A stretch of 63,044 bases of DNA, filler included, from Hyphochytrium catenoides (lineage: Eukaryota; Protista; Hyphochytriomycota): NCBI GenBank assembly GCA_900088475.1. It is 10 parts of 10 records of this genome, joined end to end, with 100 filler letters (N's around TTAATTAATTAA, not from the genome) between each part and the next. Parts side by side here need not be neighbours in the genome. Positions count along the whole stretch, not along the records: positions 29,743 to 35,471 come from FLMG01003924.1; positions 35,572 to 36,636 come from FLMG01004172.1; positions 36,737 to 39,956 come from FLMG01001749.1; positions 40,057 to 42,938 come from FLMG01001914.1; positions 43,039 to 54,904 come from FLMG01003863.1; 5 more parts are not named here. The stretch is one strand, 5' to 3'. Both the position numbers and the translations under genes were made by a program. Positions within the stretch are counted from its first letter, which is position 1, and each line of letters opens with the position of its first letter. The notes beneath the pieces were generated by a model, which was not told where the DNA came from, ran no database searches, and worked only from the letters and a program-made list of their open reading frames with translations. Shown here in pieces: positions 35,191 through 48,092 of this stretch.

Positions 35191-35955
35191 CTGAAAAAGA
35201 CGGTTCGTCTGAGTGTCTCTTCTCTTTCTCTCTCGGTTATCCCATCTACTCATGCGCGGGGCCTTATGCTCTCTCTCTCGTCATGAAGTTGTTCACTTAC
35301 TTCTTTTACCCCACAGCTTTCTTGCTTGTGCTTTCTTACCTTTCCTCCCTCATCTTTCTCCATATATCTCTCCTCTCGCTCTGGTCTCCTCATCTTCTCT
35401 TTCTCTTCCCCAACCACTCCCCCCTTCTTTCTCTCTCCTTTTCTCTCTGTCTTCCTCTCTTTCTCTCTCTCNNNNNNNNNNNNNNNNNNNNNNNNNNNNN
35501 NNNNNNNNNNNNNNNTTAATTAATTAANNNNNNNNNNNNNNNNNNNNNNNNNNNNNNNNNNNNNNNNNNNNGAGAGAGAGAGAGAGAAGATGACGGAGGG
35601 AGCAGAGAGAGAGAAGGGAGCAGCGGGCAGAGCCCACGAGCCACCACACACGAGTCAATCGACCTCTATCTTGGGAGCCAGAGTCCGAGTGTTAGAGGAG
35701 GCTCCTCTTATGAAGTTGTTTCCTCTAACAAACGCTGAGGAATGAGAAGAATAAAAGAAAGAGAGAGAAAGGACAGTACAAAGGAAAGTCTAGCAGAGCA
35801 GATCTTTGAGAAAAAAAAGGAGGGAGATGGAGGTGGCCAGTCGGAGGAGGAGAGTAGCAAACGAGACGCACCGCAACAATAAATAATGATCGGTAACAGA
35901 CCTTTCTTGCCTAGTAATGAAGAGCAAAGAGGAAGGTGACGAGAGAAAGGCAGAA

Positions 35956-35992
<37 letters not shown>

Positions 35993-36601
35993 TAGTGTGA
36001 TGTATATATATATATATAGAGAGAGAGAGGTGAAGGAAGGAACAGATAATAGATGGTATTGAGCTGCAAGTAGAGAAGATGGGGTCAACAAAGAGCCAAA
36101 GGATAATTCTATCTCATCCTCTATCTCCCTCTCTCTCTCTTTCCACGGTCTTTCTCTCTCGTCGTCCCTCATCGTCGGCGGGGTCATCAGGCCCTCGGGG
36201 GGATGAGTTTCCTTCCTCAGACGCCCCGGGGACCCTTTATTCTTTGATACGAAGAGCCTGCCTGCTGCTTGTCTCTCTCTCTCTTATCTTTCGCCTCTCT
36301 CACCTCTCTCGCCTCATAGCAACACTGTCTTGTCTGAGGGGTTTCCTTCCTCCCTTTTTATTATGATCCACTAAAACCGCAGGGTGAGCAGCGACCACGC
36401 TGGCACCGCTTGCCAATATAGACTTGTAGTCCTAACGAAGCTGGTGATGACAGAAGAGGAGATGGACCGAGGAAGAAGAAGCAAGATGATGGGAGAAGAC
36501 CATGTCGTGCACGGCAGAAGAGAAAAGGGCAAGAGAGAGAGAGAGAGAAGAACAGGAAGAATGTGAGAGAGAGAGGGGGAGTGAGAGAAAGAGAGAGAGA
36601 A

Positions 36602-36636
<35 letters not shown>

Positions 36637-36996
36637 NNNNNNNNNNNNNNNNNNNNNNNNNNNNNNNNNNNNNNNNNNNNTTAATTAATTAANNNNNNNN
36701 NNNNNNNNNNNNNNNNNNNNNNNNNNNNNNNNNNNNTTTTCTCTCTCTCTTCTCTTCTTTTCGGCCATACTTGTATTCCCTGTTTCGCTTTCAACTCTGT
36801 CTTTGTCCTCACTTCATCGTACGAATCTTTTCTCTCTCTCTTCGCTCTTCCTCATTCTCTTATTTTCTTTCAGCTCCTCTCTCCCTCTCTTGTGCAGTTC
36901 TACGTTTCTTTCTCTCTCTCTCTCTATCCCATGCAAAAGGCTTTATCTGACTTTGACTTCGATGACAAGATGACGAATCTGTCTCTCTCTGTTCTC

Positions 36997-37045
<49 letters not shown>

Positions 37046-37829
37046 TTCGTCCTCTCTCTCTCCTTCATGCCCGCTATTCTACCTACAACAGCCGTAGAGA
37101 ATCTCTACAAGACCAGCAGCGCACTCCACAAACAGACCAGCCAAGACTCACTTTCTATCGGAAAGATCTCCGCCATCGCTGCTGCAGAGCTCTGCATATC
37201 CGATAAATCTCCATAATAGACCGTCCGCACGCAGACTCAAGCGCCAGAGTCTGCAGATTCTGGGCCGTCCTTGGAAGACAGCCGACAATGAAATAACCTT
37301 TAAACTAACAAATTGGCCTCTGCCTGCCGCCAACTCCATTCTCTAGACGCCGATTTCTGCTAGTTTATGCCTTCTTTCATCGCCATCTCAGTCTCCAGCG
37401 GCTGCTGCTGCTGCTAATGTGTTGTCTCTGTGCAGCAAAAAGCTTCATTTTAAAGGACGAAGGACTGTTATTAAGAGCTAAATAACGGAGGTCGCGGAGG
37501 GAGCGGTGCGCGATGAAATGCCAGACTGACGCTCTGTATCAGCGCTGAAGCCCACAATCCATAGGTTATAAGGATGCCAAGGGTCAANNGGGGGGGGGAG
37601 GAGACGCACAGAGAGAGAGAAAGAGAGAGAGAGTGAAAAAGAGAGAGAAACGACGTACATAACTACCTTTTCTCACGATTCTCTGTAATAACTAAAGGGC
37701 AATGGCTAACCTTCAGCACGCCCTGTAAACCCAGAAAAGAAGAGAGAGAGAGACTCATATGACTTTTCCTTCCTTCCTTTGCGTTGAAGGGCAGCTGGCT
37801 TTCTCTGTCTCTGGCTTTGTCTCTCTCTT

Positions 37830-39888
37830 TCATTCTCTCTCCTGTTTGGCGTGAAAATCGAGATGTTCTCTCCAATAATCCGCTAGGATCTGATAGCCAC
37901 ACGCTCCACAGCTTCTCACAGGGACTCTCTCCCGATACTCCTTCCAAGAAGAGGCGTCTCTTCCCTCAGGAACCAGGTGCATTCTTCTTCTTTTCTCCTT
38001 CCTCTTCTCTCTCTTCTTTCTCTCGCTGCTAGGCTCTCTCTTCTCTCGTACAGGAGAGACAGGGAGAGGAGAGTGTGCCGTTCGGTTAAAGAAAGAGTCT
38101 ATCCCTCTTTCTTCTCCGTTCTCTTCTCTCGTGATCCCAGAAAGAGACACTTCTCTCTTTCTCTCTCTCTCTTCCTCGTCACAACTGACAAAATTGCTGG
38201 CGGTAACCCCGAGAAGTGACGCGTGGAAAATAGAGGGAAGCAAGGAACGAAGAGCCGCAGTGCAGACTTCCATCAGAGGAGAGAGATGAACTCTCTCTCT
38301 CTCTCTCTCTACTTTCTCGTCTTCTTCCTCTCCGTCTCTTCCTCCTTCCCATTCGCTGGCTTTCAGAGGAAAGGGAAACTGTTTGGAGACGTTCTTCCTT
38401 CTGATTCCTATAGCTTTGGAGGTAAAGCGGCAGAAGACTCGGAGAGAGAGAGGGAAAATATTGAACTCTTCTCGGGTCAGCGTGAGACGGGGGAGAAGGT
38501 CTCGGAGAAGCTCTTCTAGTCTCAAGAACTACGAAGAGACAAAGAGACAAAGAATGACAGAGAAAAGAGAGAGAGAGAGTTAGAATGGGAAGGAGAGAAA
38601 TTTGACAAAACGAGGGGAGAGAGAGAGAGAGAGAGAGAGACAAGATGAGAGATAGGGAGAGGCAGAAAGAAGACAGTGCGAGATATAGACCGTAAGAGAG
38701 AAGAACGGAGAGTGAGAGAGGCAGAAGAAGAGGAGGAAAGCGAAGCGAACAGAAGGAGCAGAAAGAGAGAGAGACAGAGGCGAGGAGAGAGAGCGACCGA
38801 AAAANNNNNNNNNNNNNNNNNNNNNNNNNNNNNNNNNNNNNNNNNNNNNNNNNNNNNNNNNNNNNNNNNNNNNNNNNNNNNNNNAGTATAAGATAGGGTG
38901 GCTAAGGAAGGGTCGGGGTAATGCAGAAAGAGGAGAAATGAGTAGAAGAGAATCCGAGAGAAACTATTCGGGAACGGCAGGCGAGAGATAAGAAAGAGAA
39001 ATAGATCTCAAATGAGAGAGACAAGAAGAGAAAGTAGTGGGAAAAGAAAGGGGTGATGCAGTGGCTAATGGGCTGTAGACGCAGAGGCAAAGAGAGAGTA
39101 CCGGCAGATGCGCAAAAACGAGGGAAAGTTCAAGAAAGTAAAAGAGAGAGAGAGAGATGCTAAGGGCGAAGAAGATGGAGTCAAAACCAAATATAAACCA
39201 GAGCATCAGCAGCAAAGGCGATTGTGACATGCTATGAGAGAAGAAAGAGAGAAAGACACAGAGACACATAGAAAGACAGAAAGACAGAGGGCGAGACGGG
39301 AAGAGAGAGGAGAGAAGGATGGCGCGGGAACATAGAGATAGAGTGAGCAAAAGAAACAGACAAAGAGACATAGACCGACAGAAAACAGAGAGAAAGAGAG
39401 AGAGCCAGAGGAAGACAGAGACAGAGAGAGAGGGAGAGAATTCTCGCCGTACCAGGTTGCTAAAGCTTGTTGATCCTTGGAAAGCGTCTTGCTCGGTGAT
39501 ACTCTTCGGCGCCCCGAACTGGACGACAGGAGAGTCGTCTCTTCCTCTGCAGCTCTCATAGACGAAGGTCCCTCGTCTCTCTCCCAAAACTTCCTGCAGA
39601 AAAGGAAGAGGGAGAGACCTTGCCTCTGCGACAGTATGAATGTTCTTCTCCTGCAGGAGCCTGCACATCATACGTCCACAGCCAGGTATCTCGGAGAGAG
39701 AGAGAGGCGAAAGAAAGAGAGAGAAGAACTCTGGGAGCATGAGCGTCTGTTGGTCTGGCTTTCGAAGCTTTGTTCCCATCTTCGCTGCGATCTTTGAGCT
39801 TCCAATGCCCGCGGAAGAAGTGAAAGAAAATTTCTCTTTCAGAGTTGAACGGAGCTCTTGGGCTAGAACAGAGCCGATACCCAGTACC
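37830..39888 (-). CDS. POLI: Y-family translesion DNA polymerase, Pol iota-like, 5'-partial; exons 39888-39453 and 38528-37830
   Basis: IGSVLAQELR...TSSAGIGSSKIAAKM...KPDQQTLMLP, the HhH motif EIPGCG, GRDDSPVVQFGAPKSITEQDAF, a little-finger LLGVTASNF and a C-terminal zinc finger. Y-family is secure; the iota subfamily call is by eye. Confidence 0.75.
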
Positions 39889-40057
39889 CTGAAGGGCAAG
39901 CCAGCGGTGAACCGATATGTGTTAAGAGAGAGAGGCAAAAGGGAGAGAGGAGAGAGNNNNNNNNNNNNNNNNNNNNNNNNNNNNNNNNNNNNNNNNNNNN
40001 TTAATTAATTAANNNNNNNNNNNNNNNNNNNNNNNNNNNNNNNNNNNNNNNNNNNNA

Positions 40058-40800
40058 TTTCAATTCTCCAAGGCCCGTGACATCGAAGCGATTCGCGAGC
40101 AGTTGCTTGACTTGAATGACTTTGGTGGTGTCTGGAGCAAATATCAGTGTGTCATCATCAACGAAGGCGGAGATGATTGTTGGTATGGAACCATCCCTGG
40201 AATTGCGAATATTGACGCATGGCTCCCTCGCAGAGACTGGGTTCAAAATAAACCATGATCACGCAGATATCCGTAGAGGACTTTATTCCATTGCCAGGGA
40301 CTTTGTTTGAGACCATAGATACTCCGCTTTAGCTTGCAGACCATGTTCTTCTTCGCTCCAGGTTGCTCGAAGCCAGGAGGCTGACGCATATATATCGTCT
40401 CTTCCACATCGCTATGGAGAAATGCTGTTTTGATTTCAACGTGATGGATCTCGAGATCATTTGTGGCTGCCATTGAGAGAAGGCATCGCACTGACTCCTA
40501 ACTGGCGACAGATGGAAACTTCATTGTAATCAACTCCAAACTTCTGGTTGTATCCCTGGGCTACTAGACGAGCTTTATAGAGGTCGAGACTGCCATCGGT
40601 GTTATACTTGTTGGTGCGGAACACCCATTTACTCCTGATCACAATGGCGTCCGGTGGCCGTTCAACAAGCTCCCCGACATCATGTTGTTCCATCGACGAG
40701 GCCAACTCGCTAATTATAGCAGCGCTCCTCCATTCTTCGACGTCAGGGCGACTTAGGGCCTCTTTGATGGTTCGCGGGTCAGATGTTGTCTCCTCAGTGT
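40058..40800 (-). pseudogene. Ty1/copia reverse transcriptase (RVT_2) fragment with frameshifts
   Basis: PRTIKEAL, IRSKWVF, YKARLVAQGYNQKFGVDY, IKTAFLHSDVEETIYMRQPPGF, KLKRSIYGLKQSP, FVDD. Confidence 0.92.
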
Positions 40801-41687
40801 TGTTAATCGCACGGGGGATGGGGCGGCTTCTAGCAGTGGGATACGAGAAGGTTGAATGGCAATAGGTGGAGAATGAGAGCGTTCTCCTCCGGGGGTTGAC
40901 ACTTGGCGGTCTAATATACTTTAATAAATTGAATTTGTTGAGAGCTGAAGCTGACAAAGCTCTAAAAATGCTCTCAGTTCCAGACTCTACCTCATACCAG
41001 GGAAAAGACACAAAGAAAGTATTTCAGGGCGCGTAGAAACTAGGCTTTTATCACAAGGTAATTGGGAAGTGAGGAGATAGTAACTGGGTCTTGTAGGTGG
41101 GTCATGTAGGTTATACAAGACACAGTCACTGATCAAAACAAACTAGACAACATGATAATTAGAAAACAAGGTCCCATACGCTCTTCATACTCTTTCTGTC
41201 TATATCAGTAGACCAGATAACATAAATAATAGTGTCTTCAAATCCCATACATTTTTGCGAGCCCGAAGGGCGAGCCTCAATTCAACCCACTCAGCCCAAA
41301 TGGACTTTTCGTGTTGTCTCTGTGTCTGTATGTATTATTGGATGTAGGGTCCGGTAGTATGGACGGCACGGCAGTCCTTATACTGTCCAAATCTCAGCTT
41401 CTAACTCTTTCTAGTTGCTGAGATATCGCCATTACAAGATAGCATAGGTAGCTGCTAGTAATATCTATTGCAATTAGACCACTATCTAAATGGGTGGCTG
41501 TGAGGCATCCGAGTCCTCGGATGCGGATAAGGCCGCATCTTCTGGCCCGGCCGCCACTTCATTCTAATCTCACTTTCCATTTCCAAGTACCACACAACGC
41601 AAGCAAGGCCAACCTGCCAACCTGCCAACCTTCTGGGACTTGCGAATTGAATCGAATCGAACTCGAGCTGGAAAGTCAACCCACCAT

Positions 41688-42938
41688 ATGAACGACTTGG
41701 CAAAAAAAAATTGGACAAATAATATCAACGACTTGGCCAAATCTGCGCAAAGTAGTCAACGACTTGGCAAGATCGATCCAAGACAACAACGATTTGACCA
41801 AAAATGTCCATAATATCAACGACTTGACCAAAAGCTATCCAAAAGGTGTCCAAGCTACCATGGACCAGACAAACGGGAATTCGTCAAGTTCAATAACCAA
41901 GCTCAAGGGCAAGGACAACTACCCAGCTTGGAGCACCAAGATGGAAGCGCTCGTAGACAAACTTGATCTCTTCGATTATATTGAAGGAACTGGGTTCCAA
42001 GGATCTAAAGGATGCAACGCTGGAGAAATGGCTGAAGGCCCGATCGCAGAGCCAAGACTGAGATCATTCTCGCTCTATCAGTGGACATCGTCCACATTGT
42101 TCCGCGCAAAGCCATTGCAAGAGAGGCGTGGATTCTGCTCCAAGAGGAGTACGAGAGCCGCAACTCAAATAACACGGTGAACTCGCTGGTTTCTTTTCTG
42201 TCGTCAAATATTATCGAGGGAGATAACATGCGAAGGCATCTATCTCAACAGCATCACGCGCCATCGTACCGTGATTGAGGACATGATGCAGCAGACGTTT
42301 TTATCGAGAAGCCGCACATCGCAGCGATCCTGAAGAGCCTCCCAACATCCTTCGAGTCCACAGTCAAGGCGATCCACGTTCGCGGCACGGGAAAGATGAA
42401 AACTGAGTGTACCAACGACATCCTCATCCAAGAAATGCGGCGTAGGGAAGCCATGGGCGAAGCGAAACGTGGTGCGCCCTCAGCGGCATACACCGTACAG
42501 AAGCACGACAAGGCACCACCACGCACATCGTGCCAACATTGCAGACGCAGCAAGACTCATAGGTCAGAAGACTGCTGGGAGCTGGAGGCGGATGCACATC
42601 GCCGTCCAAGCAAATGGAGATCCGTCAAGGAGGGACGAGACGCAAAGAAGTTTACCTCCTCTATCATTGTCCTTGTGCACACTCTTGATGCTGATGACAG
42701 GGCTAAACTAATTAGTACACTCCAGGATTCCAACCATGGAACTGTCTCACCGTCCACTACTATTCTCAACTGCTCACGAACGCAACAATGGATTATCGAT
42801 AGTGGCACGTCTGATCACGTCGCTGGTGAAAAGAGGTGGTTCCGCGAGTATCAAGATATCGCACCAGTCACGCTCTATACTGCGGACAACGGCCTTTGTG
42901 TGCAGTCGGTAAAGGCAGGATCGATCTCCGGCTACAAA
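41688..42938 (+). pseudogene. Ty1/copia gag-protease fragment with frameshifts, cut by a contig join
   Basis: ITKLKGKDNYPAWSTKMEA, AREAWILLQEEYESR, knuckle CQHCRRSKTHRSEDC, and the copia protease motif WIIDSGTSDH. Confidence 0.9.
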
Positions 42939-43038
42939 NNNNNNNNNNNNNNNNNNNNNNNNNNNNNNNNNNNNNNNNNNNNTTAATTAATTAANNNNNN
43001 NNNNNNNNNNNNNNNNNNNNNNNNNNNNNNNNNNNNNN

Positions 43039-43555
43039 GACTCGCTCGCTCTGCTCCAACCTGTCCCCAAGGACTCGCTCGCTCTGCTCCAACCTGTCCA
43101 ACTTCCCCCAAGGTCTCGCTCGCTCTGCTCCAACCTGTCCAACTTGTCCCCAAGGACTCGCTCGTTCTCCTCCAACCTCCTCTCCACGGTCTCCATTATT
43201 GTTACCAGTTGGCGGGCAAGATACTCGACGGACACCTGATCGACAACTTCCAGAGCGCGAGAACGCTGCTGTCCTTCGTCACTACTCTCCCTTCTTGCTT
43301 GGGAAGACCCGGCAGCTTCTTGCTGTTGTCGTTTGAGGAGTCCAACGATATGCCTAGCCAATGGCTTTGACACCTTAGCTCTTCAATGAGGTCGGTGAAG
43401 CACTCTTCCATTGTGATGTGACCCGCAACAACAATTTCAAGGAACCCCCAAGAAAATCCCTTAGAGGTCAACTTCTGAAGTAAAGCCTGTCGATCCCCTT
43501 CATTGTCCGGCAAGACGACGAGTGCGAGCGTTTCCAGCGACGAGATGTTGACCAT
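43039..43555 (-). CDS. Hypothetical protein: possible SAM-like helical domain followed by tandem LGDKLDRLEQSER-type repeats; one frameshift near 43375; 3'-truncated
   Basis: The two ORFs join by adding one A (DLIEELKVSKPLARHIVGLLK). DNA repeats of ctcgctcgctctgctccaacctgtcc at 43041-43140. The domain call is a weak inference. Confidence 0.4.
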
Positions 43556-43557
43556 CG

Positions 43558-43588
<31 letters not shown>

Positions 43589-44484
43589 ATTGCTGCTACT
43601 GCTGCTAGTCCTTCACTTTGACTTAACGGATGGCGGCAAGGGCGGCAAAGTTGAAACGGCGGCAAAGTTGAAACCGAGAGCAATGATATCTTGGTCTTGT
43701 TATGTGTGCCGAGGGCCAAGGAAGGGGCTGGGGAATGATGAGAAAGGTCTTCTCTTTCAACGAAGAAGCTCTCGAATGGAGGTGAAGTAAAGGCCTTTAA
43801 ACAGTGTAATCCCCCCATCTCTTCTCCTTCTTTCTTCATATTTATCCCGAATCTATAAAACAAATCTGCACGTATAGTTTCCACAATCGATGGTTTCTGA
43901 TCATTCTTTCACTCCGTAATCAATGTACCACGCCCGATCGCCGAAAGCTACACTTATATAAATTGCTTTCAAACACCCATGTTTGCTCTGATGTTGTATC
44001 AGGAATAACCTCTGATTATCGACGATAGGGGTGAATGACATCTAGAATACCTGGAAGGAAAGATTTTAGAACATTGTAGCATATTTGACTCCGAAAGTTG
44101 CTTCCACAGACGACTTTATCACTGTTGAGGAGGATCAAACCAATCATGAAATGTTTCCGTTTTAGGGATTGTTTCGGAGTTCTGCTCGTCGTGATGCGGC
44201 CGTGAGGCTGATCTGCAGTTCGCATCACGAAGTGAAGCTTCTGCTGATGAATTTTCCAGATCTCCGTTACTGAGTTCTAGCCTCCACGTTTCCGATGTCC
44301 AGCCAAGAGGAGGAGACTGACATAGGCATGAATTTGGAAGCTCTTACTGGCAAGTGACAATCCAGCGCTATCCGCAGTAGGATGCTATCGATTGGTTCAA
44401 TGGATGGCATGACGATTGACAGAAAGCTGATACAAAGTTAGGGTGTCTTCTACGCGTGACCTCTCACCACAGAGGGCTACAACG

Positions 44485-47400
44485 ATGAGGCAGTTTGGCA
44501 GGCGTTCTGGAGGCCCTTCTGATAAGCGCCGCGTAGCTGTAATAGGGACCACACTGAGTGGCGTTGTGGCAGCCTATTTGTTGAGCTTCAAGCACGAAGT
44601 CACGCTGTTTCACACAGAAGATACCTTGGACGAGCTCACGCTCGCCACTTTTCTCAATAGTCCCATCCTGTCGAAGCTAGATACGAAGCTTCTGGAACTG
44701 ATACTCTTTTCTTATGGACCTGCTGCTTTTGCCAATGGAGGGAATGAACATGGACGCGGGTTGGCTTTCACCTTCAGCCATGCTACACAGCAGTCATTGC
44801 GCTTTCTCTCTTCAATATACTATCACAGAACGGCCCGCCAGAGCGAAGCCTTGGGCGGGCAGGAGTTGGGGCCGTCGTCCACTCTTCGTAGCGGAAAGCA
44901 GAAGGAATCCTTTGGAGTGTCTATCGCTTTCATGAAGACTCTCCTTCTTGCGATTAAAGACCTCGCGGGGCTGTCAGCACTATATCAATGGTTTAAGCTT
45001 TGCTGGTGGCTGCTTCTTGGAGACTGCCTGGTGTTCCGCATATTGAGCAGGTCTCGTGCTGATGAGACCTTAGCTTCATTTTTATCCCACAAAAGGCTTT
45101 CGGCCACTTTCACCACCGCCGTCTTTCTCCCTTTACTGGCCGCTCTAACTGGCTGCATAGCCGCTGATGGAGGACACACAGAAGACGAGGAGGTGGTATC
45201 GAAGGTGAAGGATACAGCAAACGAGGAAGTCTCTGTTGCTCATAGAGCATACTCTGCGCTGCTGAGTACACCGATGACGGATATAAGACGGCTGTTTCGA
45301 TCCTGGCTCTCCTCTGAGCTCTCTGTAGTTAGCGTCCCCATAGGCACGGAGATTCTAGAGGGCTGGTGCTCCGTGGTGCATCGAAATGTTAGAGGAATTG
45401 CAATCCAGTCAGTTCGGCCAGGTACTTCTTCTTCACTTGAAAAGGAAACAGGAGAGAAGCGAAAACCAGAGGTGACGTACAAAGCTAGTCAACAGACAAG
45501 TGATCGAGTCATTGGAACTCCAGATATCCTCCTACCTCTGCCCCTAGTTGAGGAGCATAAGGAGGGAGAGAAGGGAGAAGAAGAAAGGGTGATTACTGAA
45601 GCTTTCGATGAGATTGTCGTAGCCCTTCCCGCCCAACAGGCACAACAGCTCTGCCAGAACCTACCGGAGGAGCTAGAGGGAGCTCTAGAGGCTGTCAAGT
45701 ATGCGAAGTCGGACGCGACGCATCACTGTACGAGCCACATTCTCCCTCCGATGAGGGGGAAAAGCGTCGCCAGAAAGGCAGACAGACGAGTCCACTGCCA
45801 TACTGAAGGTGAAGGGGGACACCTGAGCATTACGCTCTCTCTAGGAGAGATGGCACGGCTAGTTAGTGAAGGACAGACAGAAAGAGAGAGGGTTCCTCCT
45901 TCCTCGCCTCTACCTGTCATGACCACTGTTTCTTCTACTTCAGCTCTGGCAGGCACTTTAGCGGTAGAAGAGGATTTAGTGTACTGTCATCTAACGTCTC
46001 AGAGACCGGTGCTGACAGATGCTTATAAGAAGGAAGTGCTTCCTATTATCAAGAAGGCGCAGGGCCAGGGCTCCCTCTGGTTCTGCAATGAGTTTTCCGC
46101 TCTTGATTCTCTCTCCACGAGAGAATGCGCCGTAGTATCGGCATTAGAGATAGCGAAGGGACTTTCAGTAACCTGTCCGTGGAAGGTACGCTAAATCCTC
46201 TAGCAAGAAGTTGTAGGGGAAGATGGAGGAAGTCCATTGTATGCCTATACGGTGTCTATTTTCACAGCTTGCTTGTCCTTACACCCGTTTCTTTTATTCA
46301 CCCTTCCCACTTCAAGCTCTGTGCTTTGTGGCACCTCTCTCGCATCTTTCTACCCTTACGCTTGTATGCTGTCCAAGCTTGCCCTAATCGTCTCTCTCCG
46401 CAGAAGAATCGTGGATCGGGTTCTGAGAGTCAAAACCTGCAAGCAATGTACGATGTAGACGCGTCCGATCGTGTCCTCTTACAGGCTCAACCTGGAAAAG
46501 AACCTGTCTCCTTCTGGATGTGTTGGGGTCTTTGGAGCTCTTACACCGATACCGTTCGTCCTCTGTCAAGCTCTCGCGCCGCCTCCCGTCTAGGTCGTCG
46601 GTCTCCGTCTCCGAGGCCCTCAGGGTCAGCCTCATCTCTCACTTCCCCTCTTCTTACTCCTTCCTCTCCTGCCACGTCGTCCTCTACGCCCAATCGGCGA
46701 TTAAGAGAAGAAGCGCATAGGGAAAGGACATTCCCTGAAGCTTGTGCCTCGCTTGCTCTTTTCATCGGTACCCGCGCACGTCTTTCTCCGGACGATGTTC
46801 TCCTCGACGTTGGTTTTGGAGCAGGAGACCAGCTCCTGATTTGGCTGCAAGCCTTTGGGGTGAGGTACATAACGGGAATAGAGCCTGTAGGCGCGCAGCT
46901 CGAATGCGCACGTCGGAGGATCCGTCAATTCTTAAGTGCCGACGAGACGGGGGAGGAACGGCAACATAGAACAACACTGTTGAGTCCAGACGAGAAACTA
47001 AAGGTGAGAAGGAGGATTGACGGTCGCAGCGTACATCTCCTTCAAGGATTCGCTCCGGAACTACCTTTTGCAGAGGAATCTTTCACCAAGATAGTCGCTG
47101 TTGATGCCGCCTACCACTTTGCCTCTCGGGAGGAGTTCATTCGACGTTCAGTGTCTCTCTTACGGGTTGGGGGCATTCTGACCTTTGCGGACATTGTCAT
47201 TGACTATCAGAAGCTAGGATATGCAGGTATGTGAGACCTTATGGTCAAATCAAAATATTTCAGTTTAGCCACGGCTATCCCGTCTATTTAGCAGCCGTTT
47301 AGGCGTATGCTGACTCTTCTTCTGCAAATGACAGACCGGCTTTTGATGTCGGTGTTTGGCTCTATGGCTCAGATCCCGTCAGTGAACATGATCAGTGCCA

Positions 47401-48092
47401 CCTCCATTCAGAAGCAGATGGTTGAGCATGGCTTTGTAGAGGTAATTTCTTTTTTTATCCTCCTCTTTAGTCCCCAGTCTACGGATCTGTTCCTGCCTGT
47501 TATCTCTGGATTGAAGCCTCCCGTATTCTTTTTTCACGACGTCTATCAGGTGTCTCTTCACTAGCACTCGCGCTTCTACCCTGTCTTCTGGCCTGATCTT
47601 TCTCAAACCTGATGGTCTTATGACATTCTCTTACGTTGTAGGTGGAAGCGATAGACTTAACTAAGGATACAATCCAGGGCTTCGTGAGCTTTGTGTTCCG
47701 TCGGTCCGCTCTCTTTAGGTTGGGCATATACTTTCTACATCAATGCTTACAGGGCTTCTTGCGTCTCTCCCCTTAGCAATGATAATAAGCCTTTTTGGTT
47801 CCCTCGCCTTGGCTCTATCCCTCTTTTGCCATTGTTCTTGGCATCATTTCGTCGTCTTTCCTATCTTGCGCTTCTCTTGACAAATCGCTCTGCTACCCAT
47901 GAATTTGCGTCCTTCAGCGCTCTTTCCGACCTCTAACCGAAACGCTCGCGTGCGTGACTTTCATCGTCCAGGGACTGCGACCTTTCAACGCGGACAAGAT
48001 GGGGCAAGTTCCAGTTGTTGGCCAGGACACTCCGTTGGCTTATTGAAAGAGGAATCATCAAGTTTGTCCTCTTTTCGGGCAGGAAGGAGTAG
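44485..48092 (+). CDS. Fusion of a degenerate NAD/FAD-binding amine-oxidase-like domain and a class I SAM methyltransferase; exons 44485-46185, 46404-47226, 47335-47441, 47642-47718, 47972-48092
   Basis: RRVAVIGTTLSGVVAAYLLSFKHEVTLF, FDEIVVALPAQQA and QGQGSLWFC...LSVTCPW, then a phase-0 intron, then WMCWGLW, ACASLA, LLDVGFGAGDQ and AVDAAYHF. Confidence 0.75.

Noticed and set aside
35572-37260. Possible exons at ~36050-36260 (minus) and ~37092-37206 (plus)
   Set aside because: No recognisable motif, on short contig fragments, and no consistent gene model could be built.
41690-41835. CRISPR-like repeat-spacer array
   Set aside because: Repeats are only about 11-13 bp, partly in frame with gag, in a eukaryotic context with no cas genes.
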